A stretch of DNA of 64,000 bases from Myxococcota bacterium (GTDB lineage: Bacteria; Myxococcota; B64-G9): positions 28,296 to 92,295 of the forward strand of contig DATKYQ010000040.1 in NCBI GenBank assembly GCA_035528415.1, written 5' to 3'. A model generated the notes under the pieces. That model made no database searches. It was not told the origin of the DNA and saw only the letters and a list, made by a program, of their open reading frames with translations. A program made the position numbers and the translations under genes. Shown piece by piece: positions 43,401 through 54,119 of the stretch. Numbering within the stretch: position 1 is the first letter of the stretch; each line of letters opens with the position of its first letter.

Positions 43401-44873
43401 ATGCGCACATGGATCGCCTGGATAGTAGTCGTGCTGGCCTGCCTGGTCACAGGTTGCGGTGGCACAAGCGAAGCCGTTGACGCCGAAGACGGTGTCGACG
43501 GCAGTGCCGACGCAGACGCTACACCGGATGCCGGCGACGCTGAACCGGATGACGGCGGGCAGGACGACGGGGATGTCGATCCAGGCGACACTAATCCAGG
43601 TGACAACGATCCAACTGACGGCGACACAAATCCAAGCGACACCGGACCGGACGGCGGGGACCAGGCGAGCGACAACGGCCCGGGTGAATTTTGTTGGCGA
43701 GCGACCGCCTGCGATCTCGGACAGACTTGTAATTTGTGCTCGGGCCTTTGCGAGCCGCAAGCGAGCGTGCCCGGCGAGACAGCCAACATCCTGACCGCCT
43801 ACCCCCTGGCCGGTGCCCCCGGCGACCTTTTAATGATCGAGGGCGAAGGCTTCTACTCGACATTGCTGCCGGACTTCACCGCCAGTTTGACCATCGGCCC
43901 CGAAAGCTTCAACAGCTGGACCATGGGCTTCGACGAAAATCGTTTAATGGTTGTCAGGACGGCCAATACCAACGGCGCTATGGACTACTCGGCCCAGTCA
44001 GGCTCCAGCCAGCACCCCGGCCCCGTAATTACCGATGCAGCCTATGCCCAACCCCAGGCCTGCGGGCCCGATGATCCTCCCGCCAGCGGTACCCCCGCTG
44101 GCGTGGCCGCCGAGGCCGGCCCGCATGCTCCCGGTTTTTCTGATCTAGATAGCCCCTGGCAGCTGCGCGTCCACTACCCGGCCGAGTGCGGCGGGCTGCG
44201 CAGACCGCCCGCCCAGGGCCCTTTCCCGGTGGTTCTTATCCTGCATGGCGACGGCGCAATCGGAATCAACTACGACTTCTTGGCCCGCCACCTGGCCAGC
44301 TGGGGTTTTTTAGTGGTGACCCCTAACATCGAGGATGCCGCCACCTTGCGGTTAGTCCTGGCCGCGGCGCTGGATAATCCGGCCCAGCTCTACGGCCCCC
44401 TCGCCGGCGCCTCGGCTGGCGGCCAGGCTGTGGTTGTCGGCCACTCGATGGGCTCGACCCGTACCGGAGACATGTTCAGTCTGGGCGAAGATCGGATCGG
44501 CGCGGTGATCTTCTTAGGCCCGGTCAGCCAGACGATCAACTACCCTGTCCCGGGTGTGGTCTTCGGCGCGACCGGCGACATGCAGTCGCTGCCGGGCACT
44601 TACGAAAATATCTTCGCGGCCCTGGAACGCCCGCGCTGGCTGGCGGTTGTGCAGGGCGGCAACCACAGCCAGTTCACCGACGCCAAACACTGGGAGGGCT
44701 GGTCTTTCTCCGATCTGGTGCCCGAGATTTCCCGCAACCGACAGTTCGAGTTGGTCCAGAGTTTGAGCCTGGCCTTTTTGCAGCGCCAGTTCGGCCAAAC
44801 CGAGCTGTTCGGCTTTTGGCTTACGGATCCCGGCCTGCCCGACGAGATCGTTTTGACTGTTGAGTTGGAGTAA
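43401..44873 (+). CDS. Lipoprotein with acidic linker, IPT/TIG-like domain and cutinase / polyesterase-like alpha/beta hydrolase domain
   Basis: Lipobox LVTGCGG. FPVVLILHGDGAIGINYDFLARHLASWGFLVVTPN, VVVGHSMGS (nucleophile elbow), GATGDMQS, and QGGNHSQF (His). The order resembles actinobacterial cutinase/PETase-type hydrolases as I recall them. Confidence 0.65.
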   Translation: MRTWIAWIVVVLACLVTGCGGTSEAVDAEDGVDGSADADATPDAGDAEPDDGGQDDGDVDPGDTNPGDNDPTDGDTNPSDTGPDGGDQASDNGPGEFCWRATACDLGQTCNLCSGLCEPQASVPGETANILTAYPLAGAPGDLLMIEGEGFYSTLLPDFTASLTIGPESFNSWTMGFDENRLMVVRTANTNGAMDYSAQSGSSQHPGPVITDAAYAQPQACGPDDPPASGTPAGVAAEAGPHAPGFSDLDSPWQLRVHYPAECGGLRRPPAQGPFPVVLILHGDGAIGINYDFLARHLASWGFLVVTPNIEDAATLRLVLAAALDNPAQLYGPLAGASAGGQAVVVGHSMGSTRTGDMFSLGEDRIGAVIFLGPVSQTINYPVPGVVFGATGDMQSLPGTYENIFAALERPRWLAVVQGGNHSQFTDAKHWEGWSFSDLVPEISRNRQFELVQSLSLAFLQRQFGQTELFGFWLTDPGLPDEIVLTVELE

Positions 44874-44922
44874 GGGCAAAATAAACAATGGCAGGATAAC
44901 CTGAGGCCGTTGACCTCTTATT

Positions 44923-47310
44923 TTACTGGTAGATCAGGTAGTTGCTCGGATCGAGATTGCCGGGAAAGAACTCGAGCATTGCGTTAGAGCCTTCGAATAC
45001 CACGTAGAGCCTGTCGTCTATGCCGTTGCTATCCACACTCTGGTCGTCGTCGTCTTCCAGGTCTACCGGCACAATCGCACCTGCCACGCCGGGCTGGATT
45101 AACGGCGCGAACCTGTTGGTTGCGAAACCGCTGTCCGTGTTGAAGCCCCAGGTCGAGTCGCGGGGGATCGCGGCTTGTTTGCCGCTGTCCGGATCCGTGC
45201 CCGGTTCGAACATTGTCAAGGCTATCAGCCCGTTGTCGTAGATTGGAGGATCGGGCGCCGGATCCTGGAAGGGTACGTTTGTCAGGCGGGGCATCGCACC
45301 GCTCAAAAGGCCGTAAACCGTCCAGGCGTTCTTGACTCGCACCCGGTAGCGCACCGCCTCCGGCCAGCAGCCGGCCAGGTCGATGCCCCCTACAGGCGAG
45401 ATCTCGAGCATCTTAGTGTCGACCGCGCTGACCGTGAATTCAGTGCGCGCGCTCCCTTCCTCGGAGGCTCCCGAACCGACCCGGCAGGGATCGTCGCCCC
45501 CCCCGCCCTGCTGGCCTGGATCGCTGAGGATCTGCAGCACGTCTCCTGCTTCCACCCCCGCGGCGAGGAAGTCCAACCCGATCCGGTCATCGTCCAGGCG
45601 CCAGGCGCCCAGACTGCCGCTGGCCGAATGCTCGGTTCCCGTAAGCACTCCCTCCCAGGTGAAGATCCAGCCCTCGCTGCGGGTCGTGCCCGGCCGAACC
45701 TGGATGCCGTGGAAGTTGCGCAGGATCTCGTTCTTGTCGTCGGAAAGACAGTTTCTCCCCAGCGCGTGGTAATCTTCTTTGCAGACGCAGATCGGTATGC
45801 CTTCGGCGTCGAGGTCGATACTGCCGTTCCCGTCGCATGGCACCGGCTCAGGGGGGTCGCTATCGTCCACCGCTATGGTGTAACTCTCGCCATAGTCGGC
45901 CAGGGTGGGATAGAGGCATTTGCCGTATTTGGTGGTGTCACTGGGGTCGGTGCATCCGTCGAGCGCGTCCTCTTCTATTGTCACCCCGCCGAGATTCAAA
46001 GACGGCCTGCCTGCAATGTTGGCCCCGACGTGGGGATACATGTCGACCGGACGATGATTCTCGGCATCCAGCATGTAGACATAACCGTTCATGTCAGAGA
46101 CGAAGGCGAATGTCTTGACCACCTTCTCTTCGTAGTCGGTATCCTTGGACAGGCTCCCGCTCAGCTCCGCACTGGTCAGAAGCTCGCTGGTGTAGTCCCT
46201 TGAAGCCACCCCGCTCTCGTCGAACACCTTGGCCGAGACGCCGCTTGTGAAAGTTATCGAACGGGGAATGCCCGGCAGGCGGATGTCGGTCGGCCAACCC
46301 TCTGGATCCTGCGCGTTGATCGGCGCCTGGCCGCGCGGCTGGTAAGCGTGCGCGGCAACATCCACCAGGCTTATCAATCCTTCGTCGAGACGCACCACGT
46401 ACAGCATCGAGTCGTCAGGAGTCAGAGCCATCCTCCTGGAGGGACCGCCGACATCTATCCTGTCGAAAGTCATCTTGGCGGTGTCGATGGCGACGATACT
46501 GTCCGAAGTCTCGTCGGCTACGAAAACCTGACTACCGTCGCGGGTGATGGCCATTCCCGAAGGACGGCCTCCGACCTCGAGGACTTCAGCCAGGTCCATA
46601 CGCTGGGCGTAACCGGGGCCGTATCCCGGGTAGCGAAAATCCAGCCGCGCCACCTGGCCGCTGCCTGCCAGGCTTACGAAGACGGGCAGCACTTTGGTTC
46701 GATCCCAGGGCCCCTCCCATTCTCCTTCCCGGGCGATCGGGGCAACGATGTCATCCGGCTCGATATTTGCCGCCGTACCCAGCGTTACTCTGCTGACTCC
46801 CGCGCGACAACGATCGTCCACAGGTGCATCGACCCAATTCTCTTCGAGCGAATCCGGATCGCGGCAAGGCCCGCAGAACGAGCTGCACGAGTCCCAGTCG
46901 GTGTCCACCTCGATCATCCTGTCTGGTGCCAGGTCGACAAGCGAGACATCGGCGGAGATGCCGTTGACCACGAAAGCGTATTCCCCGTAAGGATCCACCG
47001 CCAGGCTCTGCGGGTAACGACCGACCCTTATCGAAAAAGCGAACAAGGGGTCGGGGGCCGAATAGAAACGCCTGTCTTCAATGTCGAATACTCTTAAGGC
47101 ATCGTCCAGTGAATTGGTCATCAGCAACAGGTGTCTCGAATTATCCGGATCGCTCTTGTCGCAACCGGGTACTTTCTGCGGGCAGCCCTTGACTATCGCC
47201 AGGTCGGTTGGGCCGCCGAGACGGCCTGTAGGGGCCGGCTTGGGCGATTCACAAGCGCTGGCTAGAATCAGTGTGCCAAGAAGCAACCATGTTTTTCCGC
47301 TACCGGACAT
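44923..47310 (-). CDS. Beta-propeller (YncE/YVTN-like) lipoprotein, 795 aa
   Basis: Lipobox ILASACE. Repeats of the type PSGMAITRDGSQVFVADETSDSIVAIDT. Internal EGF-like Cys segment. Confidence 0.6.
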   Translation of the reverse strand: MSGSGKTWLLLGTLILASACESPKPAPTGRLGGPTDLAIVKGCPQKVPGCDKSDPDNSRHLLLMTNSLDDALRVFDIEDRRFYSAPDPLFAFSIRVGRYPQSLAVDPYGEYAFVVNGISADVSLVDLAPDRMIEVDTDWDSCSSFCGPCRDPDSLEENWVDAPVDDRCRAGVSRVTLGTAANIEPDDIVAPIAREGEWEGPWDRTKVLPVFVSLAGSGQVARLDFRYPGYGPGYAQRMDLAEVLEVGGRPSGMAITRDGSQVFVADETSDSIVAIDTAKMTFDRIDVGGPSRRMALTPDDSMLYVVRLDEGLISLVDVAAHAYQPRGQAPINAQDPEGWPTDIRLPGIPRSITFTSGVSAKVFDESGVASRDYTSELLTSAELSGSLSKDTDYEEKVVKTFAFVSDMNGYVYMLDAENHRPVDMYPHVGANIAGRPSLNLGGVTIEEDALDGCTDPSDTTKYGKCLYPTLADYGESYTIAVDDSDPPEPVPCDGNGSIDLDAEGIPICVCKEDYHALGRNCLSDDKNEILRNFHGIQVRPGTTRSEGWIFTWEGVLTGTEHSASGSLGAWRLDDDRIGLDFLAAGVEAGDVLQILSDPGQQGGGGDDPCRVGSGASEEGSARTEFTVSAVDTKMLEISPVGGIDLAGCWPEAVRYRVRVKNAWTVYGLLSGAMPRLTNVPFQDPAPDPPIYDNGLIALTMFEPGTDPDSGKQAAIPRDSTWGFNTDSGFATNRFAPLIQPGVAGAIVPVDLEDDDDQSVDSNGIDDRLYVVFEGSNAMLEFFPGNLDPSNYLIYQ

Positions 47311-47321
47311 CGGGTACCTCG

Positions 47322-48635
47322 CTACTCGTTCCCGATCCGTGGCTTACCCACGCGGGCGAGCACATCGAGAAAGGTCTTTGATAGGGGATCGACATCTACT
47401 ACCGCCACCACGTCATCTTCGAAGCAGGTAATCAACGCCCAGCGCAGATCGCCGCGATCGTAGACGTCCATGTCATAAATCCCGCGACAAACGTCTTCTT
47501 TGATATCGATCATCTTCATCGTCAGGGCATTGATGACGAACAAGGTGTCGTCCTGGGCGCTGGTCACCAACACCAGGTCGCCGATGAAGCGAACTAGAGA
47601 GGGGTTGTCGCTCAGCACAACCTGACCCAGGACATCGTTGGCCGGCAAACCCGTCTCGTCCAGAGTCGTGTCGACAAACACCAGCATGTCCGGATTTCGA
47701 ACCACGACGCCCATCGTCAGGCCGTCCGGCGCGAAATCGACTCCGCGGGTTTCATTGCCGAGAACCTGGTTGTACAGATCAAAACGGAACACCTCGGCAT
47801 CCTCGCCCGCGACGGGGTCGAAATAGCGCACCGGGTTGGTACGGCTGTTGTTGAATCGCGCGGAGGCGTAAATCAGGCCGCTGACCGGCGAGCGCGCCAG
47901 ACCGCTGGAGTCCAGCGCATTCGTATCCAGGCTGTACAGCAGGCGAGGTGTGTCCTGCGTGCCGCTATGGCGCGGGGGCACTTCGATGGCCGTGATGTCG
48001 CCGCTGCGCAAGTACGACACGTAGGCCGTCCACTGGCGCTGCTGCCATTGAGTTGCATCGTCCGGGCTGTCATCGATCAGGATCACGTCGAAAGGATCGT
48101 CATCAACCAGGTCAACAACGTATCCGGCACCTTCGCAGGGCGGGAAGCTGTCGGAGGATTGCTCTCCGTACGGCCCGCAATTCAGCTTGATGGCTGTAGC
48201 GTCGATCTCCATGTCGATAAAGAAAATCTCGTTGTTCTGCCTGGTGGTCACGACGGCCAGTCCGTTTTCATCCGCTGCGGCCAGCTTGACCGATGCCCCG
48301 AAATCAGGCAGGCCGATCGCTTGATCGGCGGATATGAGATCGCAGTTGTCCTTATCCAGCGCTAAATTGACAATTTCATGTTCATCATTTTCAGAGTAAA
48401 CACGACCGGCCAGGGCGTTGAGATCGATGACTTGCAGCGAGCCATTCTTGTACCTGAGATCGAAGTTGGAGCTGACCACCAACGCATAGCCCTGTGGGTG
48501 CACCGCGATTCCGACCGGGAACCGGAAGGCCTGTTTGGGAAGGTTCTCGGCCGATCGTTGCTCATCGCAAGCGAAGGAGGCTGCCAGTGCGACAAGCACA
48601 AGGGCAAAAAGCCCGTATCTGAGTCTACTTGTCAC
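47322..48635 (-). CDS. Beta-propeller (YncE/YVTN-like) lipoprotein, 437 aa
   Basis: GTG start in a GTGA overlap with the ppdK stop. Lipobox [28 protein letters not shown]-type propeller blades. Confidence 0.6.
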   Translation of the reverse strand: MTSRLRYGLFALVLVALAASFACDEQRSAENLPKQAFRFPVGIAVHPQGYALVVSSNFDLRYKNGSLQVIDLNALAGRVYSENDEHEIVNLALDKDNCDLISADQAIGLPDFGASVKLAAADENGLAVVTTRQNNEIFFIDMEIDATAIKLNCGPYGEQSSDSFPPCEGAGYVVDLVDDDPFDVILIDDSPDDATQWQQRQWTAYVSYLRSGDITAIEVPPRHSGTQDTPRLLYSLDTNALDSSGLARSPVSGLIYASARFNNSRTNPVRYFDPVAGEDAEVFRFDLYNQVLGNETRGVDFAPDGLTMGVVVRNPDMLVFVDTTLDETGLPANDVLGQVVLSDNPSLVRFIGDLVLVTSAQDDTLFVINALTMKMIDIKEDVCRGIYDMDVYDRGDLRWALITCFEDDVVAVVDVDPLSKTFLDVLARVGKPRIGNE

Positions 48636-51604
48636 CTGCGCCTCCCCGCCTTCTTCCGGGCCGGCTTCTTACGGGTGACTCTCTTCTTGGCAACTTTCTT
48701 GGCCGGCTTCTTTCGAGTAACCTTCTTCTTGGCAACTTTCTTGGCCGGCTTCCTTTGAGTGGCCTTCTTCTTGGCAACTTTCTTGGACGGCTTCTTCCGC
48801 ATGACTCTCTTCTTGACGGTCTTTTTCTTAGCGATTTTCTTCTTGACCTTCTTAGCCGCTTTCTGGACTTTCGGGGTCTTTTTAGCCGCCTTTTCGGCCA
48901 GAGTCGCCTGGGCAGCCGCCAGGCGCGCTATCGGCACCCGGTAGGGCGAGCAGGAGACATAGTTCAGTCCGATCTTGTGGCAAAAATGAATCGTTCGCGG
49001 ATCGCCGCCGTGCTCGCCGCAGATTCCCACCTTGAGGTTCTTGCGGGTCCTGCGCCCCTTCTCTACGCCGATCTCCATCAGGCGGCCCACGCCTTCAATG
49101 TCGACGGTCTGGAACGGATCGTCATCGAGAATGCCGATCTTCAGATAGGGATTCAGGAAATTCTGGGCGTCATCACGGCTGAGGCCGAAAGTCGTCTGGG
49201 TGAGGTCGTTGGTGCCGAAGGAGAAAAAGGCGGCCTCCTTGGCTATCTGTTCGGCCGTCAGAGCGGCTCGCGGCAACTCGATCATCGTGCCCACCAGGTA
49301 GGGGATCTCCACTCCCTGTTCCCGCAAGACCGTCTTGGCAACTTCATCGACCAACTTCTTCTGGTTGACAAACTCGTTGATGTGACCCACCAGCGGGATC
49401 ATGATCTCGGGATGCGGGGTAAAGCCACACTCGCGCTTGACCTGGCAGGCCGCTTCCATGATGGCCCTGGTCTGCATAACGGTGATCTCGGGGTAAGTAA
49501 TGCCCAGCCGGCAGCCTCGATGCCCCAACATGGGATTGACCTCGCGCAGGCTCTCGATCTTATCCTTTATGGTTTCTGCGGGCACGCCCATGCTCTGGGA
49601 AAGCTCCTGGATTTCACGCTCAGCGTGCGGCAGGAACTCGTGCAGCGGGGGGTCGAGCGTGCGGATCGTCACCGGGCGCTCTTCCATCACCTCGAAGATG
49701 CCCACGAAGTCTTTCCTCTGCAGTGGAAGCAGCTTGGCCAGCGCCTGCTTGCGAGCAGCTTCACTGCCGGCCAGGATCATCTCGCGCATCGGTTCGATCT
49801 TCTCCTCGCCGAAGAACATATGCTCGGTGCGGCACAGTCCGATGCCCTCGGCGCCGAAACGAATAGCCGCCAGCGACTGGTCCGGTTGGTCGGCGTTGGT
49901 GCGAACTCCCAGCTTTCTGATCTTGTCGGCCCAGCCCATCAGCTTGGCGTACTGCTGGTAGAGTGTCGAGCGTTCACCATCGAGAGTGCGATCGATCAGC
50001 ACTTGCACTACCTCCGAGGGAATCGTTCTCAGGCGTCCCTCGATCACTTCACCGGCAGTCCCGTCGATCGACAGCCAGTCACCCTCTTTGATCGTCGCCC
50101 GGCCGACCTGCATCGAGCGCGCCTTGTAATCGATATCCAGCCCGCCGCAACCGGCCACGCATACCTTGCCCATCTGCCTGGCCACCAGGGCCGCGTGAGA
50201 GGTCATTCCGCCGCGCGCCGTCAGGATGCCGACGGCTGCGTTCATGCCGCGAATGTCTTCCGGTGAGGTTTCGATCCTGGTAAGCAGCACCTGTTCGCCA
50301 CGCTCCGCCCAGGTTTCGGCATCCTCGGCATTGAAAACCACCTTGCCGCTTGCCGCTCCCGGACCTGCCGCCAGGCCCTTGGCCAACAGACGGCCATTGC
50401 CCAAGGCCGCTCGTTTGTCGGCGGCGTCGAAGACCGGCCGCAGAAACTGGTTCAGGGCATCGGGCTCTATGCGACGAATTGCTTCTTTCTCGTCTATCAA
50501 CCCCTCGGTCACTTGGTCGACCGCGATGCGTACGGCGGCGAAGCCGGTGCGCTTGCCGGTACGGGTCTGCAGCATCCACAGGCGGCCCTTCTGGATGGTG
50601 AACTCCATGTCCTGCATGTCGCGAAAGTGTGTATCGACCTTACGCGCTATCTGCAGCAGTTGCTCGTGTATGGCCGGCATAACCTTGTGCATCTCGACAA
50701 TCGGCCGCGGAGTGCGTGTGCCCGCCACCACGTCTTCTCCCTGGGCGTTCATCAGAAACTCGCCGTAGAGTTGGTTCTCTCCGCTGGCCGGGTTGCGACT
50801 GAACAAGACTCCGGTGCCGGAGTCTTCGCCCATGTTGCCGAAGGCCATGGCCTGTACGTTGACCGCCGTGCCCCAGTCGCCGGGTATGCTGTTGATCGCC
50901 CTGTAGGCGATGGCCCGCGGGTTGTCCCACGATCCGAAGACCGCCCCGATGGAACCCCAGAGCTGGTCCCAGGGATCTTCGGGGAAGCTCTGGCCGGTGC
51001 GCTCGAGGATGGCCTCCTTGAAAGAGGCAACCAGGTCTTCGAGCGCGCCGGCGTCCAACTGATGATCGAACTCGACACCGGCTTCGCGCTTCTTGGCCTC
51101 GAGGATTTCCTCGAAGGGATCGACGTCGTCCTTACCTTCGGGCTTGAGTCCCAACACCACGTCTCCGTACATCTGCACGAAGCGACGGTAAGAATCGTAG
51201 GCGAAACGAGTATTACCGGTCTGGGCGGCTAGCCCCAGAACGGTCGTGTCGTTCAGGCCCAGGTTGAGAACTGTATCCATCATGCCCGGCATACTCACCC
51301 GCGCCCCGGAACGCACCGAGACCAGCAGAGGATTCTTGGCGTCGCCGAAGCTCGTGCCCATGATCTTCTCTACTCTCTTGAGATCGTTCCTGATGGCTTT
51401 ATCCATCTCTTTCGGGTAGGTACGGTTGTTTTCGTAGAATGCGGTGCATACCTCGGTGGTGATTGTGAAACCCGCCGGAACGGGAATTCCCAGGCGGTTC
51501 ATCTCTGCCAGGCCCGCGCCCTTGCCCCCGAGGAGGTTCTTCATGTCCCCTCTGCCATCCGCCTTTCCGTTGCCAAAGAAGTAAACCCACTTTTTTGCCG
51601 CCAT
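48632..51604 (-). CDS. ppdK: Pyruvate, phosphate dikinase with an 88-aa Lys/Arg-rich histone-H1-like C-terminal extension
   Basis: Canonical PPDK from [35 protein letters not shown] through the catalytic [16 protein letters not shown] and [10 protein letters not shown] to ...[13 protein letters not shown]. It then continues [21 protein letters not shown]...[12 protein letters not shown]. Confidence 0.92.
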   Translation of the reverse strand: MAAKKWVYFFGNGKADGRGDMKNLLGGKGAGLAEMNRLGIPVPAGFTITTEVCTAFYENNRTYPKEMDKAIRNDLKRVEKIMGTSFGDAKNPLLVSVRSGARVSMPGMMDTVLNLGLNDTTVLGLAAQTGNTRFAYDSYRRFVQMYGDVVLGLKPEGKDDVDPFEEILEAKKREAGVEFDHQLDAGALEDLVASFKEAILERTGQSFPEDPWDQLWGSIGAVFGSWDNPRAIAYRAINSIPGDWGTAVNVQAMAFGNMGEDSGTGVLFSRNPASGENQLYGEFLMNAQGEDVVAGTRTPRPIVEMHKVMPAIHEQLLQIARKVDTHFRDMQDMEFTIQKGRLWMLQTRTGKRTGFAAVRIAVDQVTEGLIDEKEAIRRIEPDALNQFLRPVFDAADKRAALGNGRLLAKGLAAGPGAASGKVVFNAEDAETWAERGEQVLLTRIETSPEDIRGMNAAVGILTARGGMTSHAALVARQMGKVCVAGCGGLDIDYKARSMQVGRATIKEGDWLSIDGTAGEVIEGRLRTIPSEVVQVLIDRTLDGERSTLYQQYAKLMGWADKIRKLGVRTNADQPDQSLAAIRFGAEGIGLCRTEHMFFGEEKIEPMREMILAGSEAARKQALAKLLPLQRKDFVGIFEVMEERPVTIRTLDPPLHEFLPHAEREIQELSQSMGVPAETIKDKIESLREVNPMLGHRGCRLGITYPEITVMQTRAIMEAACQVKRECGFTPHPEIMIPLVGHINEFVNQKKLVDEVAKTVLREQGVEIPYLVGTMIELPRAALTAEQIAKEAAFFSFGTNDLTQTTFGLSRDDAQNFLNPYLKIGILDDDPFQTVDIEGVGRLMEIGVEKGRRTRKNLKVGICGEHGGDPRTIHFCHKIGLNYVSCSPYRVPIARLAAAQATLAEKAAKKTPKVQKAAKKVKKKIAKKKTVKKRVMRKKPSKKVAKKKATQRKPAKKVAKKKVTRKKPAKKVAKKRVTRKKPARKKAGRRR
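48683..48808 (-). repeat. Three tandem 42-nt coding repeats (14-aa unit about [14 protein letters not shown]) inside the ppdK tail
   Basis: The string cttcttggcaactttcttgg recurs at 48683, 48725 and 48767, exactly 42 nt apart and in frame. Confidence 0.8.
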
Positions 51605-51615
51605 GTTGTTCCTCC

Positions 51616-53808
51616 TCAGTTTGAGGCCTTCAGCTGCAGCCTGGTGAAATCTGCGATACGTCCAAACAGTTTCTCGATCATCGAAAGCAAGGCCTTGCGA
51701 TTGGCCTGGCGAACGGGATCGTCGGGATCATTTACCAGTACCTTGTCGAAGAAACGATCCACCGGCCCTCGCAATTCCCGGGCAAGCAAATCGAGCGAGC
51801 CGTCAAAGTCGCGGGCTAAAATCAATTTCTCGAATTCCGGCGCCGCCGTCAGGTAAACCTGGTATAGATTTTTTTCCTCCGGCTCATCTAATAGTTCAGG
51901 TTTCACTTGGGCGCCCTTGAAATCCTTGATGATATTCGCAACCCGCTTGAAAGCCACTGCCAGGTCTTCGAATGCCGGCCTCTCGAAAAAGCGCTTGAGC
52001 GACCGCAATCGATCGCGGGCATCCAATATATCGTCCATACCGGCCGCCAGTATCGCATCGACCAGATCGCTTTTTACGCCTTCATCCTCCAGCAGTCTCT
52101 GCCTGAGACGCCCGCGGAAAAAATCATGTACCTCGCCGGTCAAATCCTCTTCGAACGGCTCTATGTCGTCGATCTTGGCAGCTTGCCTTTTCTTGCGGGC
52201 GGCCTTCTTCCTCTCGAGCTCCCTGGCGGCCAGAAGCCGAGCCTGATGTACTTTCTCACGCGTCAACTCGACCGCCTGCCCCAGCATCCAGCGCAACGAC
52301 AGGTGGTAACCTTTGCCCTCTAGAATAGCGATCGCCCCGAGACACTGTCGGCGCAGGCCGTATGGGTCCGCCGCGGCCGTTGGTTTGAGCCCCACGCCGA
52401 AGCAGCCCGCAAGCGTATCCATTTTATCAGCCAGGGCAACCAGTGCGCCCTCGTCGCCGGCCGGTATGGCATCCGCATGGAAGCGCGGCAAATAGTGCTC
52501 TCTTACGGCCTGCGCTACCCGCTTGTCGTATCCTGCATGCAGGGCATAGACTTCTCCCATGACGCCTTGCAACTCTGGGAACTCGCCTACCATCTCGGTC
52601 AGCAGATCTGTCTTCGACAACCTGCAAGACTGATCGACTCTCTCGTCGAATCCCGGATCTTTATACGCCAAACCGAGTTCGATGCTCATCGCCTGAGCCA
52701 GTTTGCCGATTCTGTGAGATTTCTCGAGGTAATTCCCCAGGCTGGCCTGGAAAACCATCTCGGCCAGCCGCGGGACTAGGTCGTCCGGGCTGGTTTTCTT
52801 GTCCGTCTCGAAAAAGAACTCGGCGTCGCTCAGGCGCGCCACCAGTACCCGCTCGAAACCATGGCGGACTATGCTGCTGTTGTCGACCGGCGTGTTGGCG
52901 ACGGCGACGAATGCGTTCGCTAAAGAGCCGTCGGCTTTCTCAACCGAGAAGTATCGCTGGTGATTGCGCATGGCGACAACCAGCACCTGCCTGGGCAGGC
53001 GCAGGAAACGTTCGTCGAACCTGCCCAGCAAGGGCAGGGCCTTTTCCGTCAGAAATGTATTTTCCTCTTCAAGGGCGGAGTTTTCCAGCAGCTTGCCGTT
53101 TATCTCTTTCACGGCCAGCAGGACTCCGTCATGTAGATTGCGACGCCTCTTTTCATGATCGACGACAACCTGACGTTCTAAAAGTTGCGCTTCGTAGCTG
53201 TCTGGTGACTCTATCTCGAACTCCGCCGGCGAGGCGAAGCGGTGGCCGCGTGACATACACCCGCTCTTTGCGCCCATGAAAGAAAACGGCACGACCTGGT
53301 TATCGAGCAAGGCCGCGATCCAGTGAACCGGCCTGACGAAACGATGGCGCCCGTCACCCCAGCGCATCGACTTCGGAAATGACAGCTCGGCCAGCAGATC
53401 TCCGAGCAACCCCGGCAGTATTTCCGCTGTGGGTTTGCCCGTCACCCGGCGCTCGAACCCTACCGCCCGGCCCTTGGGCGTCTCGAACACGGTAAGTTGC
53501 TCAGGATCGACGCCCTTGCTCCTGGCAAACCCCACACAGGCGCGGGTAGGCTTGCCGTCGGCATCGAAGGCGGCTTCGACACGCGGGCCGATCGATTGTT
53601 CGTCCAGGTCGTCCTGGCGCTCCGGGAGCCCCCTGGCCAGCAGTGCAAGCCGGCGCGGCGTCCCCATGGCGCGCAGAGCGACATCGTCGCCGGAGCCAAG
53701 GCGGACTTCCTCGATGCGCCTTGCAAACCCGGCCTGTATGGACCGCAGGGCGGGTTCGATGAACCTGGCGGGTATCTCTTCGCAGCCGATCTCGAGCAGA
53801 AAGTCCAT
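51616..53808 (-). CDS. glyS: Glycine--tRNA ligase beta subunit
   Basis: [17 protein letters not shown]-terminus and collinear GlyS features over 730 aa. Confidence 0.9.
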   Translation of the reverse strand: MDFLLEIGCEEIPARFIEPALRSIQAGFARRIEEVRLGSGDDVALRAMGTPRRLALLARGLPERQDDLDEQSIGPRVEAAFDADGKPTRACVGFARSKGVDPEQLTVFETPKGRAVGFERRVTGKPTAEILPGLLGDLLAELSFPKSMRWGDGRHRFVRPVHWIAALLDNQVVPFSFMGAKSGCMSRGHRFASPAEFEIESPDSYEAQLLERQVVVDHEKRRRNLHDGVLLAVKEINGKLLENSALEEENTFLTEKALPLLGRFDERFLRLPRQVLVVAMRNHQRYFSVEKADGSLANAFVAVANTPVDNSSIVRHGFERVLVARLSDAEFFFETDKKTSPDDLVPRLAEMVFQASLGNYLEKSHRIGKLAQAMSIELGLAYKDPGFDERVDQSCRLSKTDLLTEMVGEFPELQGVMGEVYALHAGYDKRVAQAVREHYLPRFHADAIPAGDEGALVALADKMDTLAGCFGVGLKPTAAADPYGLRRQCLGAIAILEGKGYHLSLRWMLGQAVELTREKVHQARLLAARELERKKAARKKRQAAKIDDIEPFEEDLTGEVHDFFRGRLRQRLLEDEGVKSDLVDAILAAGMDDILDARDRLRSLKRFFERPAFEDLAVAFKRVANIIKDFKGAQVKPELLDEPEEKNLYQVYLTAAPEFEKLILARDFDGSLDLLARELRGPVDRFFDKVLVNDPDDPVRQANRKALLSMIEKLFGRIADFTRLQLKASN

Positions 53809-53812
53809 TGAA

Positions 53813-54115
53813 TTATCTCTTGAAGTCTTTCAACTTCTTCTCGGGCTTTGAGCAACCAGGTGTTTCGCGTGAGTAGTCTTGCAAGGTATCCTGATTTTTC
53901 TTTTTGGGGACGTCGATGTTACAACCTCTGGACAGCGCGTAGATCAAGGACGCCGCGGTAATAACGAACCCGCCGACCCACAAGATGTTCTCGACGGCCC
54001 CGGCATGTTCCCCCTGTGTACGCCCGCGCTTGATTATACGCGAGACAATTAAAGCCGCCACCCCGATCAGAATCAGCACGACAAGCTTGCTTTCGAAGAT
54101 ACGCCCGATCTGCAT
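53813..54115 (-). CDS. Small two-TM membrane protein inserted between glyQ and glyS
   Basis: Two hydrophobic helices (LVVLILIGVAALIVS, ILWVGGFVITAASLIYAL) and a Lys-rich tail. 4-nt gaps to both neighbours. Confidence 0.5.
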   Translation of the reverse strand: MQIGRIFESKLVVLILIGVAALIVSRIIKRGRTQGEHAGAVENILWVGGFVITAASLIYALSRGCNIDVPKKKNQDTLQDYSRETPGCSKPEKKLKDFKR

Positions 54116-54119
54116 GGCG

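Noticed and set aside
44874-44922. Possible bidirectional terminator between the convergent hydrolase and propeller-lipoprotein genes
   Set aside because: Only a 4-bp GAGG/CCTC stem is present, with no convincing hairpin or T-tract.
48683-48808. Regular 42-nt repeats that might suggest a CRISPR array or minisatellite
   Set aside because: The repeats are contiguous with no spacers. They are in frame with ppdK and encode the Lys-rich tail. No cas genes or leader are present.
48629-50266. 545-aa plus-strand ORF, with other long antisense or out-of-frame ORFs in the track (for example 266..1318, 5960..6922, 9477..10724, 10949..11998, 15041..15652, 26076..27296, 37150..38211, 54321..55514)
   Set aside because: All lie opposite to or inside genes with clear family signatures. 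Their products are Arg/Pro/Gly/Ala-rich low-complexity strings typical of shadow ORFs in high-GC DNA. None has an RBS or a recognisable motif.
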